Origin: an uncultured Rhodospirillaceae bacterium
GTDB taxonomy: Bacteria > Pseudomonadota > Alphaproteobacteria > UBA6615
Assembly (NCBI GenBank): GCA_964530225.1
Contig: CAZHBA010000110.1
Coordinates: 6,958 to 70,957 of the forward strand
DNA: 64,000 nt
Reading direction: 5' to 3'
The position numbers and the translations under genes are program-made. Below, piece by piece: positions 16,883 to 27,618 of this stretch (within the stretch, counting starts at the first letter, position 1; each line of letters starts with the position of its first letter). Under the pieces are notes generated by a model. The model ran no database searches. It had not been told where the DNA came from and saw nothing but the letters and a program-made list of their open reading frames with translations.

Positions 16883-18199
16883 TCAGGCCTCTTCCTCGAT
16901 TGGCTTATCTTGGTCCGGATCAGGCGTTTCCGTCTGCGCCGCCGTATTTGTATCCACCGCCGTCTGCTCCGCGGCTTCGGATCTTATCTTTATGTCTTCC
17001 CCAAAATCGTTCGGCGTCTCGCTCTGTATTTCGTCGCCGGACTGGTCCTGGGGCAGCAGCACCGGGTGAACGATTTTGCCGTCGCGGGTCAGGCAAGACC
17101 CAGCAATAATCTCGTCCTCCCAATCGATAGCCAATAGCTTAGTTTTCTTGTCGATCATCAGTTCGACGAAGTTGAAAAGATTTCGGGCGTATAGCGACGA
17201 AGCATCGGCGGCGAGGCGCGATGGCAAATTGTAGTGGCCCATGACAATAACGCCGTTTTCGGTCGTTACGATTTTACCGCCCTCGCTTTGCGTGACGTTA
17301 CCGCCCTGCTCAACCGCCAGGTCAACGATCACCGTGCCCGCGCGCATCGACGTGATCATCTCGTCAGTGACAAGAACCGGCGCCGGGCGGCCAGGAATAA
17401 GCGCCGTGGTAACGACGATGTCCTGATCGGCGATATGTTTGGCTACCAGCTCCGCCTGGCGGCGTTTATAGCCTTCCGACATTTCCTTGGCGTAACCGCC
17501 TTCGGTCTCGCCAGTTTCGTCGACGTCAGGCTCGACCATGACGAAACTGGCGCCCAGGCTCTCAACCTCTTCCTTGGAAGCCACACGTACGTCGGTCGCC
17601 GATACTACGGCGCCGATGCGCCGCGCCGTGGCGACCGCCTGCAATCCCGCAACACCGGCGCCCATCACAAACACCTTTGCCGGATTAATGCGGCCGGCGG
17701 CCGTCATCATCATCGGAATAGCGCGGCCATACTGAGCGGCGCCATCAACCACAGCCTTGTAGCCCGCCAGATTGGCCTGCGAACTCAACACGTCCATCGA
17801 TTGGGCACGGCTGATACGTGGCAGGAATTCCATGGCGAAGCCGACGATATTCTTGGCCGCATAGTGCTCGACGCCGATCGGGTCGCCGATCGGATTGTGT
17901 AACGCCACCAGAATGACACCATCGGGATAGTCGGTAAGCCCGTCGGCGCCACCATCCGTGGTGGTACGCGGGCGCTGCACTTTTAAAATAATATCGGCTC
18001 CGGCAAAGGTCTCGGCACGCGTGGCATGCACGGTAGCGCCGGCTTCGGCGTAGGCATAATCAAGGATAGCTGCATTTTCTCCGGCGCCGGTCTCGACGCT
18101 CACATCGACCCCCAACTGAGCAAACCGCCTGACCGTGTCCGGAACCACCGCGACCCGCCGTTCGTGGGGACGGCGTTCTTTCGGGATAGCAATCTTCAT
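16883..18199 (-). CDS. pntAA: NAD(P) transhydrogenase subunit alpha part 1 (soluble dI) with an acidic C-terminal tail
   Basis: An alanine-dehydrogenase/PNT-like fold with the Rossmann motif VFVMGAGVAGLQA. The last 55 aa or so are low-complexity and D/E/T/Q-rich. Confidence 0.95.
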   Translation of the reverse strand: MKIAIPKERRPHERRVAVVPDTVRRFAQLGVDVSVETGAGENAAILDYAYAEAGATVHATRAETFAGADIILKVQRPRTTTDGGADGLTDYPDGVILVALHNPIGDPIGVEHYAAKNIVGFAMEFLPRISRAQSMDVLSSQANLAGYKAVVDGAAQYGRAIPMMMTAAGRINPAKVFVMGAGVAGLQAVATARRIGAVVSATDVRVASKEEVESLGASFVMVEPDVDETGETEGGYAKEMSEGYKRRQAELVAKHIADQDIVVTTALIPGRPAPVLVTDEMITSMRAGTVIVDLAVEQGGNVTQSEGGKIVTTENGVIVMGHYNLPSRLAADASSLYARNLFNFVELMIDKKTKLLAIDWEDEIIAGSCLTRDGKIVHPVLLPQDQSGDEIQSETPNDFGEDIKIRSEAAEQTAVDTNTAAQTETPDPDQDKPIEEEA

Positions 18200-18378
18200 T
18201 GCGTAAATACCTTATGCTTCGGCTCTACCAAAACAGCACCGAAACGGAAGGGCGCGGGGCGCTGATCGGCGTGGCCAAAATATGCCGATAGACCCGAGTC
18301 AGAACAAGGCTTTGCCGACCAATAGATGAGTAAAATCATACCTCAGCAGACATTTTTTTGGATTTTTTCTAGCCCGGC

Positions 18379-18900
18379 TCACGAAAACCCGTTGATAATT
18401 CCAGTCAGCCGCCGTTTGGTGAAAAAAAACCGGCCAATGTCGCACTGGCTACCGCCACCGAGGTAAAATATCTGCTTGCCTTGTCCATCGAAAATAACCA
18501 CCGCAGGCATCGCCCGAATCCCACCTAACCTATCACCCAACTCTTTGTCGACAACCCACGGCACGTTCACCCCTGCCTCGTCGGCAAGCATGTCACCGTA
18601 AAGCCTCGTAGCGTTGGCCTCGCGTACATAGTTGAGTTTTTAGGCCAACCGCTCAGACAACTTGACATGTACCTGCGAAGTATCGATGACGCTGTCGTAT
18701 CGTTTGTAGACGGCGAAGATTAGCTTGAGCTGGTTCAACTCGGCAGCCAAGCGCCTTCGCACGAACAGCCAGCCCATGGGCGGCGCATTGGCCTGCAACT
18801 GGGACAATTCGCGGGCGTATTCATTGGGTAGCGCATCGGGAAAGGTCGACAAGATTTGCGCTGCCTTCATCAGTGGCCCTTTCAGGCCAGCTAGCGCCAC
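18379..18900 (-). pseudogene. Decayed remnant of an ABC1/UbiB-family kinase gene, with an in-frame TAA and internal deletion. A thioredoxin-fold-like fragment lies at its 3' end.
   Basis: LKGPLMKAAQILSTFPDALPNEYARELSQLQANAPPM matches the UbiB N-terminal region. ORFs 18640-18900 and 18379-18591 share a frame, are separated by a TAA, and continue with LNYVREANATRLYGDML...VNVPWV (also UbiB-like). Most of the kinase core is missing. Confidence 0.6.
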
Positions 18901-19054
18901 CTTCAGGTCGGTGGTGTATTTTTTGCGGTCCAGCTCGCGGCCAAGTAACGGCTGTCGGCGAAACGCACCGCCGTACCACCCATGGCGCTGTCGATGCGGC
19001 CGCGCAATGTCGAACCGTCGTCACCACTATCCGCCACGCCGCTTGTTCTCTCCG

Positions 19055-20947
19055 TCAATCACCGGCGTCCATCGCCGCCAATTCGTCGAGCAGGCTAGAA
19101 ATGACGCCGAGCCCCTGATGCCAGAACGCCGGGTCAGTAGCGTCGAGGCCGAACGGCGCCAGCAACTCTTTGTGCCGCAACGTGCCGCCGGCGCGCAGCA
19201 TCTCGAGATATTTCTCGGCGAAGTCATCGGCCGCCCCCTGGTAGACCGCGTAGAGCGAGTTCACCAGACAATCGCCAAAGGCATAGGCGTAGACGTAGAA
19301 CGGCGAGTGGATAAAATGGGGAATATAGGTCCAGTAATAGCGGTATTCGTCTTCGAGGCGGATCGCCGGACCTAGGCTCTCGCCCTGTACCTCCATCCAG
19401 ATATCGCAGATTTCCTCGGTCAGTAGCTCGCCCTCGATGCGCCGGTCATGGACCCGGCTCTCGAATTCGAAGAACGCGATCTGGCGAACCACAGTATTTA
19501 GCATGTCTTCGATTTTACCGGCCAGCATGACCCGCTTTTGCGCCGGATTAGGGGCCGCGTCGAGCAAATTCCGAAAGGTTAGCATTTCACCGAACACCGA
19601 TGCGGTCTCGGCCAGGGTAAGCGGCGTATCGGCCATCAAATGACCCTGATCGGCAGCCAGGACCTGGTGCACCCCGTGACCCAGTTCGTGCGCCAGGGTC
19701 ATCACGTCGCGGGTCTTACCCTGATAGTTGAGCAGCAAATAAGGATGCGCGCTGGGCACCGTCGGGTGGGCGAACGCGCCCGGCGACTTGCCGGGGCGGA
19801 CCGGCGCGTCGATCCAGTCGTTATCGAAGAACTTTTGACCGAGCTCCGCCAATTGCGGCGAAAAGTGGCCATAGGCGCCGATCACCGTGTCGACCGCATC
19901 GCCCCAAGCGATAATCCGGTCGTCTTCGTCGGGTAACGGCGCGTTCCGGTCCCAATAATCGAGCTGCTCTGCACCAAACCAGCCAGCCTTCAGCGCGTAA
20001 TAACGGTGCGACAAGCTGGGGTACATCACCTTAACCGTCGCGACCAGAGCGTCGACCACTTCGTCCTCGACGAAATTGGACAGATTACGGCTCGACACCG
20101 GCCGGGCGAAGTGACGCCATTTGTCTTCGATCTCCTTGTCCTTGGCCAGCGTATTGGTGATCAACGTGAACACCCGCACGTTGTCACCGAGAACCGCGCC
20201 GATAGACTTGGCCGCCGCCTTGCGCACCACGCCGTCGTTGTCGGACAGAAGATTAAAAACTTCGGCGCTGGTCATTTCTTCTTCGCCACGCGGCAGGGCG
20301 ACCGTGAATCGCAGCGCCGCCACACTCTCATCGAACAGGCGCACCCACGCCGCTTTGCCGGCAACGTGTTTTTCGAGCAGCAACCGCTCGATTGTGTCGT
20401 CCAACTGATGCGGCAGGAATGCTCTGGTGTCGCGCAGCCAGGGCTCGTATTTCGCCAACGCCGGGTCGACAAGCTTTTCGGATAGCGCTATCTCTTCGAT
20501 CTTGTTTATTTCCAGTGCGAAAAACAGCAAGTGGGTGGATATCTCGGTCACCGTCTCCTGCATAGTTTGATAAAATCGGCCCGATTCCGGTTCGGTTATA
20601 TCGGCAGCATAGAGCAGCGAGGCAAAGCTCATCATGCGGCCCAGAACTTCATCGATTTTTTCGTATTCCCCGATAGCGGCGGCCAGTGCCGAGCCCGATA
20701 TTTCCGCCATCTTTCCCTTATGGACCGTCTCGAACGCCTGCGCCTGCTTGCGCACCTGACCGGTCGCGGCATCTAGTTCGGCAGAGTCCCGGCCTGGGTA
20801 CAAATCGTCCAGGTTCCAGGTGGGCAGGTCGCCCAGTGCCTTGGCTGAAACCGTGGCGGTGGCGGGAGCCAATAATTGTTTCAAGGTTGTCCTCGCAGGT
20901 CTGCTTGCAACACGCTCACAGATAAGCTCCATTAGCGTAGACAGCAA
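19055..20947 (-). CDS. pepF: Oligoendopeptidase F (M3 family metallopeptidase)
   Basis: Has the zinc motif HELGHGVH and M3B-type architecture. The start is TTG 20947 or ATG 20932. Confidence 0.9.
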   Translation of the reverse strand: MLSTLMELICERVASRPARTTLKQLLAPATATVSAKALGDLPTWNLDDLYPGRDSAELDAATGQVRKQAQAFETVHKGKMAEISGSALAAAIGEYEKIDEVLGRMMSFASLLYAADITEPESGRFYQTMQETVTEISTHLLFFALEINKIEEIALSEKLVDPALAKYEPWLRDTRAFLPHQLDDTIERLLLEKHVAGKAAWVRLFDESVAALRFTVALPRGEEEMTSAEVFNLLSDNDGVVRKAAAKSIGAVLGDNVRVFTLITNTLAKDKEIEDKWRHFARPVSSRNLSNFVEDEVVDALVATVKVMYPSLSHRYYALKAGWFGAEQLDYWDRNAPLPDEDDRIIAWGDAVDTVIGAYGHFSPQLAELGQKFFDNDWIDAPVRPGKSPGAFAHPTVPSAHPYLLLNYQGKTRDVMTLAHELGHGVHQVLAADQGHLMADTPLTLAETASVFGEMLTFRNLLDAAPNPAQKRVMLAGKIEDMLNTVVRQIAFFEFESRVHDRRIEGELLTEEICDIWMEVQGESLGPAIRLEDEYRYYWTYIPHFIHSPFYVYAYAFGDCLVNSLYAVYQGAADDFAEKYLEMLRAGGTLRHKELLAPFGLDATDPAFWHQGLGVISSLLDELAAMDAGD

Positions 20948-21002
20948 CAGGTCAACTACTGTGAACAGGTACCGCTAACGCGAATGTGACCGGCTAGGGA
21001 AG

Positions 21003-22820
21003 ATGATGGATTACGCTGAACGGTTCGACCAGTGGCAAACCCTGCCGCAAATGTTTTTCGCCAAGGCCGAGGAATTGGGCGACGGCCCGCTGTTATGGGC
21101 CAAACATTACGACGCCTGGCAACCGATTAGCTGGGCCGAAGCGAGCGCCGATGTGAGTGCCTTTTCGCGGGGCCTGCGTTCCTTGGACGTGGCGCCTGGC
21201 GACCGTGTCGTCCTGGTCTCGGAGAACCGACCCGAATGGGGTATCGCCGACCTAGCCATCATGTCGGCCCGCGCCTTAAGCGTTCCCGCCTACACGACAA
21301 ATACGGTCGACGACTATATCCACATCCTGACCGATAGTGGCGCCGCGGTCGTCATCGTCTCATCGGCGCGCCTCGCCGAGCGCCTGCTGCCGGCGGCCAG
21401 CGCCGTCGACGGGGTTAAAACTATCGTCGCGCTCGAAGCACCAGCGGGTAAGGCCGAAGGTGTCGAGGTCATAAACTGGCAAAATTTATTGGCCCGCGGT
21501 CACGAACTACCCGATGACACTGTGGACTATCTCGCTGAGGCGGCGCGCACCGATACATGTTGCCTGATTTACACCTCCGGCACCGGCGGTAACCCCAAAG
21601 GGGTGATGCTCAGTCATGGCGCCATTCTGTGTAATTGCACGAGCGCCTATCATTTGTTTAACGATTGCGGCGAACTCGACCTCGATAATGATGTTTTTCT
21701 ATCGTTCCTGCCCTTGAGCCATTCCTACGAACACACTTGTGGTCTCTACTTTCCGATCTCGATTGGCGCGGAGATCTATTACGCCGAAAGCGTCGACCGC
21801 CTTGCTGCCAACATGGTCGAAACCAATCCAACGATCATGACCGCAGTACCGCGCCTATATGAAAACATGCACCAGCGCATCGTCGCCAGCGTCGACCGCA
21901 AGGGCGGGCTGTCGGCCAAGTTGTTCCACAAGACCATCGAACTGGGAATCAAGCGCTACAAGCAAGGTCCAAGCAGCCTCAATCTCTGGGAAAAATTGCA
22001 AAACGCAATGCTCGATAGGCTAGTCCGCGCCAAGGTAGCCCAAAGGTTCGGTGGCCGCCTAAAGGCGTTCGTCTCCGGTGGTGCACCTTTGAACTACGAT
22101 ATTGGCTTGTTTTTTCTGGCGCTAGGCGTACGCCTGCTACAAGGATATGGGCAAACCGAAACGGCGCCGGTGGTCAGCGCCAACCCGCTCGACCGCATCA
22201 AAATTGACACCGTGGGTCCGGCGTTGCACGGCGTAGAAGTAAAATGCGCCGAAGATGGTGAATTGCTGGTGCGCGGCGAGCTCAACATGCAGGGTTATTG
22301 GAATGCACCCGACCTGTCCGCCGAGGCGCTAAAAGACGGCTGGGTCCATACCGGCGACATCGGCGAGTTCGACGCCGACGGCTACATCAAGATCACCGAC
22401 CGCAAGAAGGATATCATCGTCAATTCGGGTGGCGACAACGTGTCGCCGCAACGGGTTGAAAATACGCTGTCCTTCGAACCCGAAATATCCCAGGCCATGG
22501 TCTATGGCGACAAGCGGCCTCACCTGGTCGCTCTGCTGGTGCCCGACGAAGAATTCATCGTCCAATGGGCAGCCGCAAAAGGCCATGCCAGAGATCTCGA
22601 AGCATTGTCAGCATCGGAGCCGTTCCACGATGCGCTACGAACGGCGGTGGACCGGGCCAACGCGCGGTTGTCACCCATAGAGCAGGTGCGACGCTTCATA
22701 ATTGCCGGCGGAGGTTTCACTGTCGACAACGGCTTGATGACACCAACCTTAAAAGCCCGGCGCCACCTGATCACCGAGATTTACGGCGAACGCCTCGAGG
22801 CTCTATACGACCGCGCCTAG
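21003..22820 (+). CDS. Long-chain-fatty-acid--CoA ligase-like AMP-dependent synthetase
   Basis: Has the ANL motifs YTSGTGGNPKGVMLSH, GYGQTE and WVHTGDIG. Length is 605 aa. Confidence 0.85.
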   Translation: MMDYAERFDQWQTLPQMFFAKAEELGDGPLLWAKHYDAWQPISWAEASADVSAFSRGLRSLDVAPGDRVVLVSENRPEWGIADLAIMSARALSVPAYTTNTVDDYIHILTDSGAAVVIVSSARLAERLLPAASAVDGVKTIVALEAPAGKAEGVEVINWQNLLARGHELPDDTVDYLAEAARTDTCCLIYTSGTGGNPKGVMLSHGAILCNCTSAYHLFNDCGELDLDNDVFLSFLPLSHSYEHTCGLYFPISIGAEIYYAESVDRLAANMVETNPTIMTAVPRLYENMHQRIVASVDRKGGLSAKLFHKTIELGIKRYKQGPSSLNLWEKLQNAMLDRLVRAKVAQRFGGRLKAFVSGGAPLNYDIGLFFLALGVRLLQGYGQTETAPVVSANPLDRIKIDTVGPALHGVEVKCAEDGELLVRGELNMQGYWNAPDLSAEALKDGWVHTGDIGEFDADGYIKITDRKKDIIVNSGGDNVSPQRVENTLSFEPEISQAMVYGDKRPHLVALLVPDEEFIVQWAAAKGHARDLEALSASEPFHDALRTAVDRANARLSPIEQVRRFIIAGGGFTVDNGLMTPTLKARRHLITEIYGERLEALYDRA

Positions 22821-22854
22821 ACGGCGTAGTGCGATCGCAGCAAAGCCGTACTCT

Positions 22855-23823
22855 TTAAACCCCATGATACTCACGGTACCAGGCAACAAACTTCGGAATA
22901 CCCTCGTCGATCGTGGTCGAGGGCTGAAAGCCGAGATCGCGCTGGGTGGCATCGATGTCGGCGTAAGTCGCCTGCACGTCGCCGGGCTGCATCGGCTGGA
23001 AGTCGATTTCGGCCTTTTGCCCCAGTGCTTGTTCGATAAGGCCAATGAACCGCATCAGCGGCTCGGAGCGATGATTACCTAGATTATACACCCGGTGGAG
23101 CGGGCCATCAGCAGCAGGCGGCAGGTCGAGCGCTGCCATGACGCCGGCAACGATATCGTCGATGTAGGTGAAGTCGCGCTGCATATCGCCATGGTTGAAC
23201 ACCAGGATCGGCTCGCCGGCGAGGATCTTCGAGGTGAAAATATAAGCCGACATATCTGGCCGTCCCCACGGCCCGTAGACGGTGAAAAAGCGTAAGCCGG
23301 TCTGCGGCAAGCCGTAGGTATGGCTGTAGGCATGGCTCATCAACTCATCCGCCTTCTTGGTAGCGGCATAGAGCGACACCGGGTTGTCGACTTGGTCATC
23401 GACCGAAAACGGCAGCTTGGTGTTGCCACCATAGACGGAAGACGAACTGGCATAAACCAGCTGGGTCAATCCGTTGCCAAGGGACCGGGCGAATTCGAGC
23501 ACGTTGAGGTGGCCCGCTAGGTTGGCGCGCTCATAGGCGCCGGGATTAGTCAGGCTATAACGGACGCCAGCCTGCGCCGCCAGATGGATGACCCGGTCAA
23601 CGCCAGCGACGAGCGGCATGAGCGCGCCCTCGTCGGCGATATCCAGCCGCTTGAGGCGGAAGTCCTCATGCCCCAGCAGGCGTGCCAACCGCGCTTCCTT
23701 CAAGGCGACGTCGTAATAGTCGTTGACGTTGTCGACGCCGATCACGCTCTCGCCGCGCGTCAGCAGCGCTTCTGCAACGTGCATGCCAATAAATCCGGCA
23801 GCGCCGGTTAACAAAATGGCCAC
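22855..23823 (-). CDS. NAD-dependent epimerase/dehydratase, UDP-glucuronate 4-epimerase-like
   Basis: Has GAAGFIGMHV (Rossmann), YASSSSVYG and YAATKKA (catalytic YxxxK). Overall it resembles CapI/LpsL-type epimerases. Confidence 0.8.
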   Translation of the reverse strand: MAILLTGAAGFIGMHVAEALLTRGESVIGVDNVNDYYDVALKEARLARLLGHEDFRLKRLDIADEGALMPLVAGVDRVIHLAAQAGVRYSLTNPGAYERANLAGHLNVLEFARSLGNGLTQLVYASSSSVYGGNTKLPFSVDDQVDNPVSLYAATKKADELMSHAYSHTYGLPQTGLRFFTVYGPWGRPDMSAYIFTSKILAGEPILVFNHGDMQRDFTYIDDIVAGVMAALDLPPAADGPLHRVYNLGNHRSEPLMRFIGLIEQALGQKAEIDFQPMQPGDVQATYADIDATQRDLGFQPSTTIDEGIPKFVAWYREYHGV

Positions 23824-24122
23824 GCGACCGATACCTCTTCGACAGTAACTCGTGGGACATTGTTCGGCTCAAGGTATAACGAAGCGCCCGCACGATTTCA
23901 CCATTTGTCTCAAGTGCCCCGGTTCGACACCGAATCGGGATTTACAATTGGTAATTATTTTAGGCCTCGGTGATAATTTTTCGTCGTAGCCGATTAGGTT
24001 ACGTGCCGTTTATTGCGTTGTCACACGGGCCTGATCGAGCACATGGACAGATCGGTCAACCGACCTTACTTTTCACGCCAATGATTCGGCATTTGGCCCC
24101 ACCGGCCCTTACGGAGGAAAAG

Positions 24123-27100
24123 ATGGCGTTAACAGCTGTCAGTCTCGACGACAAATATACGCTGGAGTCGGGCAGGGTTTATTTAACCGGCACCCAGGCG
24201 CTGGTCCGCCTGCCGATGATGCAACGTCAACGGGACGTGAAAGCCGGCCTCAATACCGGCTGTTATGTCACTGGGTATCGCGGCTCGCCGCTGGGCGGCG
24301 TCGACCAGCAGATGCAACGCGCCCAGCAATTTCTCGAAAACCACCACATTGTGTTCCGACCCGGCGTCAATGAAGATCTCGCCGCCACTGCCATCTGGGG
24401 TAGCCAGCAGCTCAACCTGTTTCCCAACGCCAATTACGACGGCGTATTCGGCATGTGGTACGGTAAGGGTCCTGGCGTCGACCGCTCGGGTGATGTTTTC
24501 AAGCACGGTAATCTGGCCGGCGCGTCGCCGAACGGTGGCGTGTTGCTCCTCTCTGGCGACGACCATACCTGTAAATCCTCGACCACCGCGCATCAATCAG
24601 AATTCGGCTTTATCGACGCTATGATCCCGGTGCTCAACCCCGCCGGGGTGCAGGATTTCCTTGATCTCGGCCTCTATGGCTGGGCGATGAGCCGCTATTC
24701 CGGCTGCTGGGTGGGGTTCAAAACCATCGCCGAGACTGTCGACAGTTCGGCTTCGGTGCATATAGACCCGTACCGTGTCGATATTGTCACGCCGACCGAT
24801 TTCCCGATGCCCGAAGGCAGGCTCAACATTCGCTGGCCCGACGAGTTCCTCGCCCAGGAGGAACGCCACCATCGCCACAAACTGTACGCTGCCCTGGCTT
24901 TTGCGCGGGCCAACAATCTCGACAAGGCAATCATCGACGGCCCGAAGCGGCGCCTTGGAATCGTCACCACTGGTAAATCCTACCTCGACGTGCGCCAGGC
25001 GCTCGACGACCTGGGTATCGACGAGGTACAGGCCAAGGGCATCGGTATCAGCCTGTACAAGGTCGGCATGTCGTGGCCGCTCGAGCGCGAAGGTATGCGC
25101 GAATTCGCCGAAGGCCTCGAGGAAATTCTCGTGGTCGAGGAAAAGCGTGCACTGATCGAAAACCAGATCAAGGAACAGCTCTACAACTGGCGTCCCGATG
25201 TGCGGCCGCACGTTCTCGGCAAGTTCGACGAAAGCGGCGAGTGGATTCTGCCATCGTCGGGCGAGCTGACCCCAGCGCGCATTGCCCAGGTGATCGCCGA
25301 CCGCCTCGGCCGTTTCCACACTTCGCCGGCGATCGACGAACGCCTGGCGTTTCTTGCCCGCAAGGAAGCGTCGTTGGCGCAACAGCCGGAGTCACTCAAA
25401 CGCACCCCCTACTTCTGCCCGGGCTGCCCTCATAACACGTCGACTCAGGTGCCCGAAGGTAGCCGTGCCCTGGCCGGTATCGGCTGCCATTTCATGGCGC
25501 TGTGGATGGACCGTAGCACCGCCACTTTTACCCAAATGGGGGGCGAAGGTGCTAGCTGGGTCGGCCAAGCACCGTTCACTAGCGACAAACACGTGTTCGT
25601 CAATCTCGGCGACGGCACCTACTATCATTCTGGCCATCTGGCGATCCGCCAGGCGGTCGCCGCCAACGTCAACGTGACCTACAAAATCCTCTTCAACGAC
25701 GCCGTCGCCATGACCGGCGGACAGTCGTTCGATGGCCCCCTGTCGGTGGACCTCATCGCCCGCCAGGTCGCCGCCGAAGGCGTGGCAAAGGTCGTCGTCG
25801 TTTCCGACGAACCCGACAAATATCCCCTCGGTACCGAATTCCCCCATGGCACCACCGTGCATCACCGTGACGAGTTGGATTCCGTTCAGCGCAGCCTGCG
25901 CGACTGGCCGGGTACGACGGTGCTGATCTACGACCAGACCTGCGCCGCCGAGAAACGCCGCCGGCGCAAACGTAACCTGTTCCCCAACCCGCCTAAGCGG
26001 GTAATGATTAACGAAGCGGTGTGCGAGGGCTGCGGCGATTGTTCGGAGAAATCGAACTGCCTGTCGGTGGTGCCGATCGATACCGAGTTCGGCCGCAAGC
26101 GTGCCATCGACCAGTCGAGCTGCAACAAGGACTATTCCTGTGTCAACGGCTTCTGCCCCAGTTTTGTCACCGTTCATGGCGGCCAGTTGAAGCAACCTAA
26201 GACGGTCTCCGCTGGCGGTGCCGAGGGAGCGTTCAACGATGCCGCGCTACCGACCCCCAACTTGCCGCCGCTCGATACGCCCTACGGCATTATCGTCACC
26301 GGTATCGGGGGCACCGGCGTCGTCACCATCGGTGCTCTGCTCGGCATGGCAGCGCACATCGAGGGCAAGGGTGCTTCGGTGCTTGACATGGCTGGTCTCG
26401 CCCAGAAAGGCGGCGCTGTGGTCAGCCATATTCGCATCGGCACCAGTCCCGATGACCTGCACGCGGTGCGCATCGCCGCCGGCAGCGCCAACACGGTTAT
26501 CGGCTGCGATCTCATGGTCGCCGCCAGCCCCGACGTTCTGGCGAAGATGCAACCGGGCGTTACCCGAGCTGTGATCAATAGCCACGAGACCATCACCGGC
26601 GACTTCACCCGCAAACCAGACATGAACCTGATGGGTGCGGAGATGGTTAAGATCATCGATATCGCGACCGGCGATGGCGCCGCTGATTTCGTCGAAGGAT
26701 CGCGCCTAGCGACCGCCCTGCTCGGCGATTCCATCGCCACCAATCTGTTCATGCTCGGCGTCGCCTGGCAGAAGGGACTGGTGCCCATCTCCGCCGAGGC
26801 TTTGGCGCAGGCCATCGAGCTCAACGGCGTTGCGGTCGATTTCAACAAGCACGCCTTCCTGTGGGGTCGCCGCACCGTTGCCGACCGGGCGAAGGTCGAA
26901 AAAGCGGCAGCTCCGGTGACACCACTACGTCTGCAGGAGCCTGATATCGCAACGACGCTGGAAGACATCGTCGCGTTCCGCATTCGCGCACTGACCGCCT
27001 ATCAAAACGAGACCTGTGCACGGAGCTACAAGGACTTCGTCGTCAAAGTTCAAAAGGCAGAAGCCGAGCGCGCCAAAGGCCTTAGCGGCCTCGCCGACGC

Positions 27101-27617
27101 GGTGGCGCGCTATTACTTCAAGCTGCTCGCCTATAAGGACGAGTACGAGGTGGCGCGCCTCTATACTAGCGGCGCTTTCACCCAACGGCTAAACGACCAG
27201 TTCGAGGGCAATTTCAAACTAAAATTCCATATGGTGCCGCCACTGTTTGCCAAGTACGACCTAGAGACTGGCCAACAGCTCAAGAAAGAATTCGGGCCAT
27301 GGATGATGTTGGCCTTAGGGCTATTGGCGCGGCTGCGTTTCCTGCGCGGCAGTGCGGTGGACGTCTTCGGCTATTCCCGGGAACGCAAGCTCGAACGCCA
27401 ACTCATCGCCAACTACGAGACAACCATCGACGAATTGCTCGGTAAGCTCAACCACAACAACCACGAACTGGCTGTGGCTATTGCAACGATCCCCGAGCAC
27501 ATCCGCGGATTCGGCCACATCAAGGACGAGCATCTGGAAAAAGCCAAAGCCGAAGAAGAAGCGCTGCTGCGAGCCTTCCGCAGCCCTAACGCGCCGACGG
27601 CCAAGGCGGCCGAGTAG
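24123..27617 (+). CDS. Indolepyruvate ferredoxin oxidoreductase family protein (fused alpha/beta)
   Basis: The start was chosen at ATG 24123, after SD GGAGGA, giving MALTAVSLDDKYTLESGRVYLTGTQALVRL. The protein has a TPP-binding region and ferredoxin-like Cys clusters (CEGCGDCSEKSNC, CNKDYSCVNGFCP). Confidence 0.9.
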   Translation: MALTAVSLDDKYTLESGRVYLTGTQALVRLPMMQRQRDVKAGLNTGCYVTGYRGSPLGGVDQQMQRAQQFLENHHIVFRPGVNEDLAATAIWGSQQLNLFPNANYDGVFGMWYGKGPGVDRSGDVFKHGNLAGASPNGGVLLLSGDDHTCKSSTTAHQSEFGFIDAMIPVLNPAGVQDFLDLGLYGWAMSRYSGCWVGFKTIAETVDSSASVHIDPYRVDIVTPTDFPMPEGRLNIRWPDEFLAQEERHHRHKLYAALAFARANNLDKAIIDGPKRRLGIVTTGKSYLDVRQALDDLGIDEVQAKGIGISLYKVGMSWPLEREGMREFAEGLEEILVVEEKRALIENQIKEQLYNWRPDVRPHVLGKFDESGEWILPSSGELTPARIAQVIADRLGRFHTSPAIDERLAFLARKEASLAQQPESLKRTPYFCPGCPHNTSTQVPEGSRALAGIGCHFMALWMDRSTATFTQMGGEGASWVGQAPFTSDKHVFVNLGDGTYYHSGHLAIRQAVAANVNVTYKILFNDAVAMTGGQSFDGPLSVDLIARQVAAEGVAKVVVVSDEPDKYPLGTEFPHGTTVHHRDELDSVQRSLRDWPGTTVLIYDQTCAAEKRRRRKRNLFPNPPKRVMINEAVCEGCGDCSEKSNCLSVVPIDTEFGRKRAIDQSSCNKDYSCVNGFCPSFVTVHGGQLKQPKTVSAGGAEGAFNDAALPTPNLPPLDTPYGIIVTGIGGTGVVTIGALLGMAAHIEGKGASVLDMAGLAQKGGAVVSHIRIGTSPDDLHAVRIAAGSANTVIGCDLMVAASPDVLAKMQPGVTRAVINSHETITGDFTRKPDMNLMGAEMVKIIDIATGDGAADFVEGSRLATALLGDSIATNLFMLGVAWQKGLVPISAEALAQAIELNGVAVDFNKHAFLWGRRTVADRAKVEKAAAPVTPLRLQEPDIATTLEDIVAFRIRALTAYQNETCARSYKDFVVKVQKAEAERAKGLSGLADAVARYYFKLLAYKDEYEVARLYTSGAFTQRLNDQFEGNFKLKFHMVPPLFAKYDLETGQQLKKEFGPWMMLALGLLARLRFLRGSAVDVFGYSRERKLERQLIANYETTIDELLGKLNHNNHELAVAIATIPEHIRGFGHIKDEHLEKAKAEEEALLRAFRSPNAPTAKAAE

Positions 27618-27618
27618 C

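Noticed and set aside
23918-23939. The hairpin CCCGGTTCG-ACAC-CGAATCGGG upstream of the IOR gene, considered as a regulatory element
   Set aside because: It is an isolated 9-bp stem (with one G.U pair) about 185 nt upstream of the start, with no T-run and no recognisable motif. I cannot distinguish it from chance in GC-rich DNA.
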